From an uncultured Bacteroides sp. (GTDB lineage Bacteria; Bacillota; Clostridia; Lachnospirales; Lachnospiraceae): 38,083 nucleotides of DNA. Below are positions 18,392 through 28,654 of this stretch, in pieces. A program made the translations under genes and the position numbers. Position 1 is the first letter of the stretch. Each line of letters opens with the position of its first letter. The notes beneath the pieces are model-generated. The model did no database searches. It was not told the origin of the DNA and was given only the letters and a program-made list of their open reading frames with translations. Location: contig CAYXKS010000002.1 of NCBI GenBank assembly GCA_964465725.1, positions 1 to 38,083 on the forward strand, given 5' to 3'.

Positions 18392-20851
18392 TTACTCCAA
18401 CCCCAGCTCATACGCCGGACTTCCCATATCCTGCCTGAAATAATAGCACACAAAATCATCATCCTCATAATACACATTCAGCACCGAAGGATGTTCTTTC
18501 GCGAATCTCTGGCACCAGTCATATGCCTTCGACTCCAAAACAGACCGATTATCAAGACTTAAATACATCAGCCATGCATTTTCATACTCCGGCAGTTCTA
18601 CGGAGGCTTCTTCTTCTGAAACCTCTCCTGCTATTATATCCGGACTCTGGCTTGCCCCGCTGTCCGTATATTTATGTGAATACACATCCCAGAAAGGCTC
18701 TAAATATTTCTCTTCTCCCATCCACCAAGGACCCTGGAAGAAGTGAGACTGCCCATAGAGAAGCGGCTTTTTCTCCACATAGATAAATACATATTCTGAC
18801 GGAATGCTGTACCCCACACTGCTACTGCTTTCCACAAAGTTCAACAATTCCTCATGCCATCCGTACTGAATGACCGGATACAGTTCATCCGTAGGGGACA
18901 CGATCGTATAGCTATAGTTAGGAAACGTATCGATGATAGATTCCGTTACCATCGCCGCAGCATTATATCTTGATACTTCATAGAATAACAGTCCCCGGAA
19001 ATTTCCCGTTGCAACCGTTATTCCATAAATCCCCACCACCGCAAACAACGACAGTATACGCAGGATGAGATCCCTCCCAAACCGCAACAAGCCAAACGCT
19101 GCAAACGCCACATCCACCGGCATCACCATAACCGCCAACAACAGCATATGCCCCGGAGAGAAGAAACGTCCCTCCGGCAGAAAATCCGGCAACCCAATCA
19201 TAGGTGCCTCGTAAATAAGCACATAAAGAACAGACGCTACGATTACAGGCGGATAACCGGCACATACTTCCCGAAACTGTTTCAACTTATCTTTCTTTCC
19301 GGCCAGCCAACAGAAAACCGCAACCACCACCGTCAACACCAGCATCCAGCCGCCTCTTCCTTTACCATACAGTGCGGCATAGCCTTTGTCATAGAATTCG
19401 ATCACCCCGCGAAGAATCGTCGCTGTAATACTGATTTCATTTTTCTGAATATCCTGGAGTTCTCCCTCCTTATCTGTTTCTTCTGTGACATTTCCATTAT
19501 CTTCTGCATTCGAGTCCTGATTACGCGACTCTCTGCTCTCCTCGCCACTGACCGCATTGATCGCCCAATCAATAGATGCATTAAAAGGGATCCCTTGCGT
19601 CAGCGCCCCCACCATAGGCAGCACCGCAATCAAGCCTGCACAGAACAGCGAGGCAATCAGCGGAACCAGATACTTCCGGGTAAATATCTTCTTCAACGCA
19701 AATATGGCAAAAGAAACACAGACGCAAATCACCATCAATGTCGCATGAAAATGCGTCATAACTGCGGCAGCCAGTGATATCATAAAAAGGAAGAGATTCT
19801 CATCCCAATAGTAACTACGTACCTTTCCTTTGCCTACTACATGATCTGCATAATCCATACGCGTTCCATTCAAATATTCCGTTAAATACAACGCGCACAG
19901 AAACACCGTATGCAAGGCAAATTCCATTGGCAGCGTGATCTGCAGGCGGAACATGCTATGGATCAGATCCGCATTGCACAGATCCAGCGTCAGGAAAAGC
20001 ATCAGCACAAACAACGGCGTATATCGCCAGTGAAATACCTTTCTGAGCAGCAGATAAGCGGCAGTCATGAAAACCGCCACGTGAATGATCTGCAGATAAA
20101 GCAATATGCTATGTACCTTAATCCCAAACAACGTATGCATACAATAAATAAAGCAATGCATCGCTTCCGGATAAATGCCTTCAACAAATATATTCCCTTC
20201 TATCAGGCCATAAATCCATTTATGATGGGCATATAAATCTCCATACCCATAAGAATGAACCTGAAACGCTCCATAAGAAAAATACGCCATCCCATAGACA
20301 ATTACTAACGCCAGAATACCATAATTCCAAAATAACGAACTTATCTTCCGCCCAAACTTCCAGATGCTCTCCTTCACACGCAGTCTTACTTTCGTCCAGT
20401 TACACGACTTTATCTTTCTTATATAATCAAAACTCAGGAACCGCGCCGCCCTCTTCATATACCTGTAACATACAATGAAAAAGAGGAGTACAAGAACCAA
20501 AGCTCTGTACTTGCCCTTCAAGCTACGTACATCAGGGAACTCCGCCTCCATCATTTTTTTATATTTCCGGTTAAAATATGACACCAGATTTTTCAGAAAC
20601 GCCAAGACAAATACTCCATAAAGAATCAAACGGATCAACCACTGGTTCAATCCATGGATAAGCCCCAGCCCCAACACCAGAGTGTTCATAATAACGATCG
20701 GTACCGTAACACAGAAGCTGAAACGAAATGTCTTCGATTTTTCTCTCAGATAACCGTGAAATACTACCGACGGCCAGAGAAACATCAAGAACAGATAACC
20801 GCAGAACACCTTTCCGTATTCTGAGATCCAATAGTATATATCAATGCCCAT
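18392..20851 (-). CDS. Large polytopic membrane protein, putative GT-C-fold glycosyltransferase (DUF6541/Rv3779-like)
   Basis: Many TM segments; loop motif GYGDLYAHHKWI...GIYPEAMH; soluble C-terminal domain; GGAGGAG RBS. Function is inferred. Confidence 0.72.
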   Translation of the reverse strand: MGIDIYYWISEYGKVFCGYLFLMFLWPSVVFHGYLREKSKTFRFSFCVTVPIVIMNTLVLGLGLIHGLNQWLIRLILYGVFVLAFLKNLVSYFNRKYKKMMEAEFPDVRSLKGKYRALVLVLLFFIVCYRYMKRAARFLSFDYIRKIKSCNWTKVRLRVKESIWKFGRKISSLFWNYGILALVIVYGMAYFSYGAFQVHSYGYGDLYAHHKWIYGLIEGNIFVEGIYPEAMHCFIYCMHTLFGIKVHSILLYLQIIHVAVFMTAAYLLLRKVFHWRYTPLFVLMLFLTLDLCNADLIHSMFRLQITLPMEFALHTVFLCALYLTEYLNGTRMDYADHVVGKGKVRSYYWDENLFLFMISLAAAVMTHFHATLMVICVCVSFAIFALKKIFTRKYLVPLIASLFCAGLIAVLPMVGALTQGIPFNASIDWAINAVSGEESRESRNQDSNAEDNGNVTEETDKEGELQDIQKNEISITATILRGVIEFYDKGYAALYGKGRGGWMLVLTVVVAVFCWLAGKKDKLKQFREVCAGYPPVIVASVLYVLIYEAPMIGLPDFLPEGRFFSPGHMLLLAVMVMPVDVAFAAFGLLRFGRDLILRILSLFAVVGIYGITVATGNFRGLLFYEVSRYNAAAMVTESIIDTFPNYSYTIVSPTDELYPVIQYGWHEELLNFVESSSSVGYSIPSEYVFIYVEKKPLLYGQSHFFQGPWWMGEEKYLEPFWDVYSHKYTDSGASQSPDIIAGEVSEEEASVELPEYENAWLMYLSLDNRSVLESKAYDWCQRFAKEHPSVLNVYYEDDDFVCYYFRQDMGSPAYELGLE

Positions 20852-20875
20852 GCTGTCTCTCCTCCTTCCCGTCCA

Positions 20876-22303
20876 TTACTCATACAGTTCCATCGTACCA
20901 ATAAGATACCCATACTCATCTGCATCCTGCTCATTCGCCAGAAGAATACGCTGCCCGGTATTGGCATCTGTAATGGAAAAGTACACTTCATACTTTACAT
21001 GCAGCAATTCATCCACAGGAATCTCCGTTTTAAGTGTCAGATTTTTCTCCGCATCGTGTCCTCCCGTCAGCAGTCGCAATTCTCCCTCCATTCCATAGGA
21101 CAGACACCCTCCCTGATCCTTGTCATACAAGATCAGTTCGACATTGGGCTCATTATATAACGGTGCAAATCCGACATTTCTCATCGTTACACCGATTTCT
21201 ATCCGGTCTCTGAAAGAATTATATTGAAGTTCTACCCTTTTGATTAACAAGCGGTATCCCAAATGACGCTCAATATAGGTATATCCATCCATACCCATAT
21301 AGCATCCCGGCTCCCTGACTTCTGTTTCCTTCCACTTATCCAAAACCTCCTGATCATGTCCTGCATTCAGGTAAGTGACATGCATCAAAGCCAGATCTTC
21401 CAGCGCATTTTCAAAGTCGTTGTAATGATTGTTGTTTATAACCTCACCACCATTGGGAACCCACCGACACAACAAATTCTGGAATTCCAGTTCCTCTTTC
21501 CTTTCAGAAATTGTCTTTCCTCCAGCCTCAATCACTCTATAAGTACCATAATCGCTCTCGCTACCCAACATACCATCATTAAACAAACTGATTCTCTTCG
21601 CCAAGGGATTCTCTTCCGGCAGTTCTTCCGATACATCCTGCAGTCCGGTAATCCTCCGCCACTGGGAAGGTGTTCTGACCGCCAGATAAGTTGCAGGTCC
21701 CGTAGCACTGTCCAATTTATCTACCAGTCGGGATAATTCACCGTCGCTGAAATATTTCGTCCCGTTCATCTCGCCCCAATTACCGATAAACAATCCCTGT
21801 AATACAAAAATCTGTCTTCCCGCTTCCTGCAATACGCTTTCCAACTGCTCCATATGTCTCAGGATAATATCTATGGTTTCCGGCTCATACTTCTCGTTCT
21901 CCCCATCCCAGTCGTACACAAAGCGTACAATCAACTGCTTATCCAAATCTCCCAGCGCTTGGAATAGGGACTTCATATTCTGCATTCCTTCTTCACTGAT
22001 CTCGTTATCACGATAACCCTGCAGATTGACCTCAATCAGCGTCAATGAAGTATTTTCATCGGTCTTATACATTTCCTGTACCATCTGCCAGTAATTCTCT
22101 TTCTCGTCAGTTATCATAAATCTGTATATATTATAAAATCCACGCCCTGGATTCCGCAGTTCTCTGGACGATTCTGTAAATCTATAGTTTTCCATTCTGA
22201 TATGTCCCTGATAATTGTTTAAGATTACAATACAAAGCGGAATTATCACAATTATTGTGATAATCAATATTGCATAATATTTTATCTTTTCTATTCGATT
22301 CAT
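20876..22303 (-). CDS. DUF4874/DUF4832 membrane-anchored putative glycoside hydrolase
   Basis: N-terminal TM; NPGRGFY, IVRFVYDWDG, QGLFIGNWGEM, FNDGMLGS..DYGTY, GGEV, HVTYLN, HLGYRL. Confidence 0.8.
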   Translation of the reverse strand: MNRIEKIKYYAILIITIIVIIPLCIVILNNYQGHIRMENYRFTESSRELRNPGRGFYNIYRFMITDEKENYWQMVQEMYKTDENTSLTLIEVNLQGYRDNEISEEGMQNMKSLFQALGDLDKQLIVRFVYDWDGENEKYEPETIDIILRHMEQLESVLQEAGRQIFVLQGLFIGNWGEMNGTKYFSDGELSRLVDKLDSATGPATYLAVRTPSQWRRITGLQDVSEELPEENPLAKRISLFNDGMLGSESDYGTYRVIEAGGKTISERKEELEFQNLLCRWVPNGGEVINNNHYNDFENALEDLALMHVTYLNAGHDQEVLDKWKETEVREPGCYMGMDGYTYIERHLGYRLLIKRVELQYNSFRDRIEIGVTMRNVGFAPLYNEPNVELILYDKDQGGCLSYGMEGELRLLTGGHDAEKNLTLKTEIPVDELLHVKYEVYFSITDANTGQRILLANEQDADEYGYLIGTMELYE

Positions 22304-22449
22304 ATTATTCTATACCAAAATTCATGAAGGAATGTAACTGCGAAAGCCACCAATGCTCTATGAAACATCTCTTTGTTTCAAACATAAGCCATCTCTACAA
22401 GTAAACAGTGTAGAAGCAATATCTACAACAGACTCATAGACAAAGTTCG

Positions 22450-23568
22450 TTACTTTAATTTCAATACTCTGATTCTGAAGACAACTGCAAGCACACTTAT
22501 AAACATACGCATCATATACCCAACCGGCTCCAGTCCGGAATGCATACTCTTCCCATCCATCCTTGCATGCATCACCGCCGGAACTTCTGCCACCCGAAAC
22601 TGAAGCAACAGCATCTGCATAACCATATTCGCATCCGGATATTGATAATCAAAATTATTAAATCCAGAGTAATAAGTAAATGCTGCACGACTCAATCCCT
22701 GCAGGCCCGTTGTCGGATCCACGATCTTTCTTCCTGTAACTATCTGAATCATAGAGCGGAACAGCCAAAAAGCAAATTTCTTAACTGCCGAAACACGAAA
22801 CTCTGAACTGCCCTCCATAAATCTGGACGCCAAGACAATATCCGGCTTTTTCCCATCTACCCCTTCTTCCTGCAGTTTCTCAAAAATCAACGGAATATTG
22901 CTGGCATCGTGCTGTCCGTCCGCATCCATCTGGATCACGTACTTATAATTTTCCCTGACCGCATATTTATAACCGAGCTGCAGCGCACTCCCATAACCGA
23001 GTCCAAATACATTTGTGATCTGTACACATGGATACCCGTCAATAATCCGTCCGGAAGTATCCGACGAAGCGTCGTTGATGCATAATATATCCGCTATTTC
23101 CCTGATTTCAGGTTGAAACAACTGTTCCAGCACTTTTCCGATATTTTTTTCTTCATTCTTAACTGGCATAATGATCAATAGGTTTTTTTTCGGTCCTTGG
23201 TTTTGCTGTTCCGTTTTTTCAGGAGAAGTATGGTTTACATCCTTTTCCTGCAGAAGCATTGAGACCTCTATTGCCAATTCATGATTTCGCATCATAAAAC
23301 GAGAAATAAACAGACTAAACAAATAAAAAGAAAAAATAACCACATTCCCAATGCACACTGCCGTAATCTCATCCCTGCCATGGAAATCCGCCGTCCTGGT
23401 AAATATTTTCTGTACTCCCCCTATTATAATCAATGCCACCCCAATAATTTCCCACACAACAGCAAAATTCGCCGTCATCTTCTTGACTGCGAGAAGCAAA
23501 AAGCTAACCAGCATGATCGCAATACCTGCAGTCATCATTGCAATGCTTACAATGCTGCCTGCTCCCAT
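22450..23568 (-). CDS. DUF2304 fused to a polyprenyl-phosphate glycosyltransferase (GT2, DPM1/PpgS-like)
   Basis: N-terminal three hydrophobic helices ending ISRFMMRNHELAIEVSMLL (DUF2304-like); C-terminal IIMPVKNEE, INDASSD, GYGSALQLGYKYA, QMDADGQH, ASRF, DPTTG, R..GKSMH. Confidence 0.82.
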   Translation of the reverse strand: MGAGSIVSIAMMTAGIAIMLVSFLLLAVKKMTANFAVVWEIIGVALIIIGGVQKIFTRTADFHGRDEITAVCIGNVVIFSFYLFSLFISRFMMRNHELAIEVSMLLQEKDVNHTSPEKTEQQNQGPKKNLLIIMPVKNEEKNIGKVLEQLFQPEIREIADILCINDASSDTSGRIIDGYPCVQITNVFGLGYGSALQLGYKYAVRENYKYVIQMDADGQHDASNIPLIFEKLQEEGVDGKKPDIVLASRFMEGSSEFRVSAVKKFAFWLFRSMIQIVTGRKIVDPTTGLQGLSRAAFTYYSGFNNFDYQYPDANMVMQMLLLQFRVAEVPAVMHARMDGKSMHSGLEPVGYMMRMFISVLAVVFRIRVLKLK

Positions 23569-25052
23569 CCCTGCTCCTTTTTCTTCTTTCTCGATTTCTT
23601 CTTTGTCCCATCAGACTTCCGATAAACCACGCTGGACGGCATCTTCCCTCTTCCCCTCTTCAACAGCAGCCATTTACAGAATATATTTCTGTCCAGATTC
23701 TTTTCCACCCACCGCAGTCTCATATAGGCCACCGTCCATCCGGCAAAGGCTCCTAGTAGCACACCCAGACCATACCATATCTCTGACAGGCGATACGCCG
23801 CGAACACACTACCCAGGAAAGTAACCAGACAGAAACTGAGCGTAGTTAAAACTGCCCCTGTCAAATCATTATAGTAATACAGGAAGAGAATTGCCGCATA
23901 CATCAGGAAAAGAATAAAATACCCTGCCGCCATGCAAGGATAAATTCTCATAATTATTCCGCCAAGCCCATACCTGGGCAGAAGGACAACACAGAGCAAA
24001 TAGACTACTACAGATATAATAAACTGAATCCGTACCAGCGTCATTAACTCGTTGCTGATCGTCCGAAACATTCTTCTCTTCGTATTGTCTATATCCGCCC
24101 ACTTACCGCCAATGACAGCCTCTGAATATGCCCTGTATTTTTCATGAAAAAACATCTCTATCCGCGCAATAAAAATAACCGTAGCAGAAATGTTCGTAAA
24201 CATAGCAATACAAGTTGCCATATCATAGGGTTGATTACACACAAAACTCTTGACAACCACAATTCTCATATCCGTCGTCCAGAACACAAAATTATGAATA
24301 TATAATCCTAAAATATAAAGGAAGTTACACACCACCAACTGCCACCACTTCCCGAAATATTTCAGTACAGGTTTATACCGGCTGCTGTTCTTCACGAAAT
24401 AACGCTTGACCGTGGCAAACTCCATAGTCGCGATCAGGAAGAACCCAACCATAAGTGAGAACAAAATACTGATCGTAACTTCCCAGTAAAAGATAAACTT
24501 CAAAATCAGCGAGAGGATAAACGCCACTACCATCCCAATCAGGAAATAGAAAGAAATCTTCTGATAATCCTTACAGATTGAAAGATAGATCATTGAGTAA
24601 AATACCAGCACCAGAGAAATATATCCACAGAATCCCGTGAACACATAGAAAACGCTTACTCCTCCGATAAAGTGCTCCCACAGGCAGAACGGAATACCCA
24701 GAAGGCAGCTAAGCACAATATTCATCATCAATCCCAAATAATAGCATGGTAAAATATCCTGATATCGCTCTTCAAAAATCGCATCCTGCATATACTTTGA
24801 TAAAACCGCATTAAAAGGAGATGCTGTCAAAAGAGCAAAAATAAATGTATATAACACGGTACAGAAAAAAACTTCCCTGGACAAATATGTTGCTTTATTT
24901 AATCCCAACACCCATCCCATCAAAACGATATTCAGAATTACAAGTATCATCGGCGCCACTGTGGCAATAGTACTGTAAGTGAAACCGACAAGATTCGCAA
25001 GGACTGACTTCTTCTCAAAGATACGGTTCAATTTAACGCCTATACCTGCCAT
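23547..25052 (-). CDS. pelG: Pel exopolysaccharide transporter PelG
   Basis: Starts MAGIGVKL after GGGGAGGTG; polytopic; LGLYIHNFVFW, YDMAT, FHEKYRAY motifs; directly downstream of pelF. Confidence 0.9.
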   Translation of the reverse strand: MAGIGVKLNRIFEKKSVLANLVGFTYSTIATVAPMILVILNIVLMGWVLGLNKATYLSREVFFCTVLYTFIFALLTASPFNAVLSKYMQDAIFEERYQDILPCYYLGLMMNIVLSCLLGIPFCLWEHFIGGVSVFYVFTGFCGYISLVLVFYSMIYLSICKDYQKISFYFLIGMVVAFILSLILKFIFYWEVTISILFSLMVGFFLIATMEFATVKRYFVKNSSRYKPVLKYFGKWWQLVVCNFLYILGLYIHNFVFWTTDMRIVVVKSFVCNQPYDMATCIAMFTNISATVIFIARIEMFFHEKYRAYSEAVIGGKWADIDNTKRRMFRTISNELMTLVRIQFIISVVVYLLCVVLLPRYGLGGIIMRIYPCMAAGYFILFLMYAAILFLYYYNDLTGAVLTTLSFCLVTFLGSVFAAYRLSEIWYGLGVLLGAFAGWTVAYMRLRWVEKNLDRNIFCKWLLLKRGRGKMPSSVVYRKSDGTKKKSRKKKKEQGWEQAAL

Positions 25053-25056
25053 AGTT

Positions 25057-26544
25057 CTACACCTCCCCGATGGAATCATCCAACTGTTGTTCTATGTGTC
25101 CCATTTCACTTTCCTGCCATGGCAAATTCATGCTTTTCGCAAATTCACTATAAACAGTTCCGTAATTACCCAGCATGGTTTCCATTCGATAGAATGAAAC
25201 CACTCTGTGATACCCGTTTTCTCCCATCTGTATACGAAGCTGCTTATCTCGCGCCAGAGTGAGAATCGCCTCCGTGATCTCCTCCACATCCATGATATGG
25301 GCAATAATTCCGGCTTCCCCGCACTTATCTTCCTCTCCATTGCCTAATATCAATCCGCTGCAATCGCCTACGTCTGTGGCAATCACAGGTTTGTGCGCCG
25401 CAAAGCTTTCCAGGATCGTCAACGGCTGACCCTCACTGATACTGGTCAGAATCATCATATCCATCTTACCATAATATTCCTGTACATCTATTTTACCGGT
25501 AAATATAACATCAGAAATCCCCATGATCCCTACCATATCAAAGCATTCCTGTGCATATCCGTCATCAGTATCCCATGGTCCCATAATCCAAAGCTTTAAT
25601 CTGGGATCCTTTTCTTTGGCAAAGCCGAACGCCTGAATCATAGTCTTGACGTCCTTAATCGGGGTCACACGCAGCACTGCACCAACATAGATCTCATTCT
25701 GCTCTGCTTCTGTCTTTCCTAATAACTCCTGAAATTTCTCGACCTGAATACCATTCGGAATCACCATAGTCTTTTCTACAGGACATTCCAGCTCGACCTG
25801 TAATTCTCTGGCCTTTCCATACAGGCTGGTCACAAGCTCCGCCCTGTCATAAGCCATCTTTGACATCTTATGAAACTGCCCGATCCAGATATTCTTATAG
25901 ATACCCTTCACCCACTTGGAGCGGATCAGTTCTTCCTCACGCTCCCGTGTATAGATACCATGCTCCGATACCAACAGACGCCCTCCGTGGATATATTTTC
26001 CCATGCTCCCCAGCACGCCTGCATAGCCAGTACACAGGCAATGATAAACGTCTGCTTTCGGGATCTTCATCTGCAATGTTCTGAACAAGGGCAAATAAAT
26101 GGAACGCATTGTCCACAGGAAATCCGTAAATACAATCTGGCTGTAATTCATCATATAAAACTCTGTGACTGCATTCAGGAAATCTTCTCCCATCAATAAA
26201 TCATTCAGGGAACGTTTCTTTTTCTGGAAAAAATCAATCAGAGCTTCCCACTCCACCTGTTTGCCCAGCATAAGACTTCGCAAAGCTTGATATTCTTTCC
26301 TGTTCATGCGTTTCTTTCGTCTTCGTTGTTTGCACCAGTCCAGATCATCCAGATAAAGTTCATGCACCTCCACTACATTCTCAGGCAGTTTATACACAAA
26401 CTTTCCCCGCAAGTCTCTATTAGCCACGATAGTCAAAATAACAAACTCCTGATTGGGAAAAGAACGTATCAGACCGTGCGCCCAACTGGACATGCCACCT
26501 ACCGTATATGGATAACATCCTTCCGCTACTATGCAAATTCTCAT
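25057..26544 (-). CDS. pelF: Pel glycosyltransferase PelF (DUF3492 plus GT4)
   Basis: EGCYPYTVGGMSSW, TGYAG, SEHGIYTREREEE, RVTPIKDVKT, SISEGQPLTILE. Confidence 0.93.
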   Translation of the reverse strand: MRICIVAEGCYPYTVGGMSSWAHGLIRSFPNQEFVILTIVANRDLRGKFVYKLPENVVEVHELYLDDLDWCKQRRRKKRMNRKEYQALRSLMLGKQVEWEALIDFFQKKKRSLNDLLMGEDFLNAVTEFYMMNYSQIVFTDFLWTMRSIYLPLFRTLQMKIPKADVYHCLCTGYAGVLGSMGKYIHGGRLLVSEHGIYTREREEELIRSKWVKGIYKNIWIGQFHKMSKMAYDRAELVTSLYGKARELQVELECPVEKTMVIPNGIQVEKFQELLGKTEAEQNEIYVGAVLRVTPIKDVKTMIQAFGFAKEKDPRLKLWIMGPWDTDDGYAQECFDMVGIMGISDVIFTGKIDVQEYYGKMDMMILTSISEGQPLTILESFAAHKPVIATDVGDCSGLILGNGEEDKCGEAGIIAHIMDVEEITEAILTLARDKQLRIQMGENGYHRVVSFYRMETMLGNYGTVYSEFAKSMNLPWQESEMGHIEQQLDDSIGEV

Positions 26545-26650
26545 TATGTTTCTTCCTTCTCAATATAAATTTACAATCCTAAACCTTTAGATATGAAAAG
26601 AAAACCTACGCAACTGTCAAAACCGTCATGGACATAGATATAAGAACTTC

Positions 26651-28489
26651 TCAGTAAACCGACTGCAACGTAATCACAGCACTGTTCTGTTCCACCTCAA
26701 TCAAAAACGCATCATCTTCAAGTGCTCTCCAGCTACCGCCCTCCACGCTCTCTATCGACTCATGATTCGTTCTCAGCACAAACCATACAGGTCCTCTTAC
26801 ATTATTCAATTCCAGCCGAATAGAATTAAATTCCCTACTTTCCTTATAATCCAATGCCAAGAAACTTCTTATTCTCTCATCGCACTCCGACACGGTTGTA
26901 CTGTCAAACTCCTGTTTCCCGACCCTGTAATCCTGAAGATTCTGCCGCAGTGTATTGGAGGCAAAGACCCACTCATCATTATCTTCTTCCGGATATACAA
27001 TACTCTTCATATCTGCCATGACACTGGTATATCCTAACGCTGTCTCCAGACATCTGATCCGGAAATCATGACGCACCGAGTCTTCGAATCCATCGATCAC
27101 AACACACTGCCTCGTAATATACTCTGATACATAACCAATCACTTCCAAGTTCCTGTCCTCATCATATTCCTCGACAATAGTCCTCACAGAACTAAGCAGC
27201 TCCTCCTGAAGGATATTCCACACCTCTTCGTCCGTCATACCATCCGCATAAAAGGAGGTAAACTGATAGGTCGGCAGCGCCTCCTGCATGAATTCATAGT
27301 CCCTTGCAATTTTCTTCTCATACGGCGTTTCCGACTGGTATGCACCGGACAATCCAGTCTCTGCATTCTGCTCATTCAGCAGTTTCATATATCTTTCAAA
27401 CTGATCGGCATCAGGATAATTGTCGTCTTCATAATCTAACTGCGGGGAAAGCATACAGGTAAAATCCATTCCACTCTCCCTGCGAACAGCCACCACATCA
27501 GGCCAGATCACATTTTGATACAAATCTCCCAGTGACTGACTGTAACGTTCCATCAGCGCCTCGTTATTTTCATCCGCCAAACCGGGATAATTGGCATAGA
27601 TCATATTCTGTGCATTGACAACCGGGTAAATCTCATAAGGACTCATCCTGGCAGACATTGCAGACAAAATCCCCAATCCAGCCACATCCTCCATATAACC
27701 ACCATTAACTGCGAAGACAGAGGCAGTCTCGTAATCCTTTTTCCAGATAATAGCCGGAAGTTCCTCATCCTCTATCGATTCGGTCCCCATCGATCTCTTC
27801 TCAGTGATTCCATTCATATAGATTTCTGTATCGGTGGATAAGCCATACCACGGAAGATGAAATTCCATTCCCTCTTCTATACCTTCCGAGGAATAGAAAG
27901 CCTCTCCTCCCAGCAGGAAACCATTGTGCAGATGGATATCCGTCAAGGCCATCTCCTCTGCCCTGATCATTTGAATCCCCAGAATATCCTGCAGTTGTTT
28001 GTTATCTTTCATCACCGATATATCCGGAAGATTACAAAAAACAAGGTGAATTCCCGACTCCACATATGCATTCAGCAGATCACAGTTTTCTTTCCTGCTC
28101 CAATCAACAGCCGCCGAGTCTATGAGTATCATTGCGGGCAGTTCTGCTCCGTCAGTCTTCTTTGCAGTTTCATATTCTTCTATCGATTGATAGTCCCTAA
28201 ATGCCCTCTTTGTATAAGTAATCCACATGGATACTGTTTGGCCAGTCAATTCCTCTTTATCTCCGATATATACAGCCAGTTCTCTTGAATCACCTGCGAA
28301 ATCCTCCCGCCGTGCATCGAAATCAGCACTGTAGGCGTCGCTTTGATTCGAAATCTCATCTGTATCTACTATATAGGAATTTTCTTCATAATGATTCCAG
28401 CTATCCAACGCAACGTTCGAAAACTGGAACAGAAAAAACACGATGAACATTACGATCGTAATCGTAAAATAATTCCGGCGTGATATCAT
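26651..28489 (-). CDS. DUF2194 / PelA-DA-like membrane-anchored protein, probably catalytically degenerate
   Basis: N-terminal TM; IYPVVNA, YQNVIWPD and WFVLRT segments typical of DUF2194; occupies the slot between pelE and pelF; CE4 DD and HxxxH residues are not seen. Confidence 0.72.
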   Translation of the reverse strand: MISRRNYFTITIVMFIVFFLFQFSNVALDSWNHYEENSYIVDTDEISNQSDAYSADFDARREDFAGDSRELAVYIGDKEELTGQTVSMWITYTKRAFRDYQSIEEYETAKKTDGAELPAMILIDSAAVDWSRKENCDLLNAYVESGIHLVFCNLPDISVMKDNKQLQDILGIQMIRAEEMALTDIHLHNGFLLGGEAFYSSEGIEEGMEFHLPWYGLSTDTEIYMNGITEKRSMGTESIEDEELPAIIWKKDYETASVFAVNGGYMEDVAGLGILSAMSARMSPYEIYPVVNAQNMIYANYPGLADENNEALMERYSQSLGDLYQNVIWPDVVAVRRESGMDFTCMLSPQLDYEDDNYPDADQFERYMKLLNEQNAETGLSGAYQSETPYEKKIARDYEFMQEALPTYQFTSFYADGMTDEEVWNILQEELLSSVRTIVEEYDEDRNLEVIGYVSEYITRQCVVIDGFEDSVRHDFRIRCLETALGYTSVMADMKSIVYPEEDNDEWVFASNTLRQNLQDYRVGKQEFDSTTVSECDERIRSFLALDYKESREFNSIRLELNNVRGPVWFVLRTNHESIESVEGGSWRALEDDAFLIEVEQNSAVITLQSVY

Positions 28490-28654
28490 CTCTTATGCCC
28501 TAGCCCTTTCCTCAACCTGCGCATTAAAACTCCTCCATATAAATTTATGCACAGCAATATATACGAAAAACCCACCTCTAAGCACTCTTCTGAATAAAGT
28601 TCAGATTATTCTCAGCTTTATAGTCTACAAGGCAATAAAATTTATAATATATTA

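Noticed and set aside
18392-20851. STT3/PglB-type N-oligosaccharyltransferase
   Set aside because: No WWDYG motif in either large membrane protein, so N-glycosylation is not specifically supported.
15542-21736. Plus-strand ORFs of about 150-215 aa opposite the EPS genes (15542, 19148, 21263)
   Set aside because: Antisense frames with biased His/Ile/Gln composition and no family motifs.
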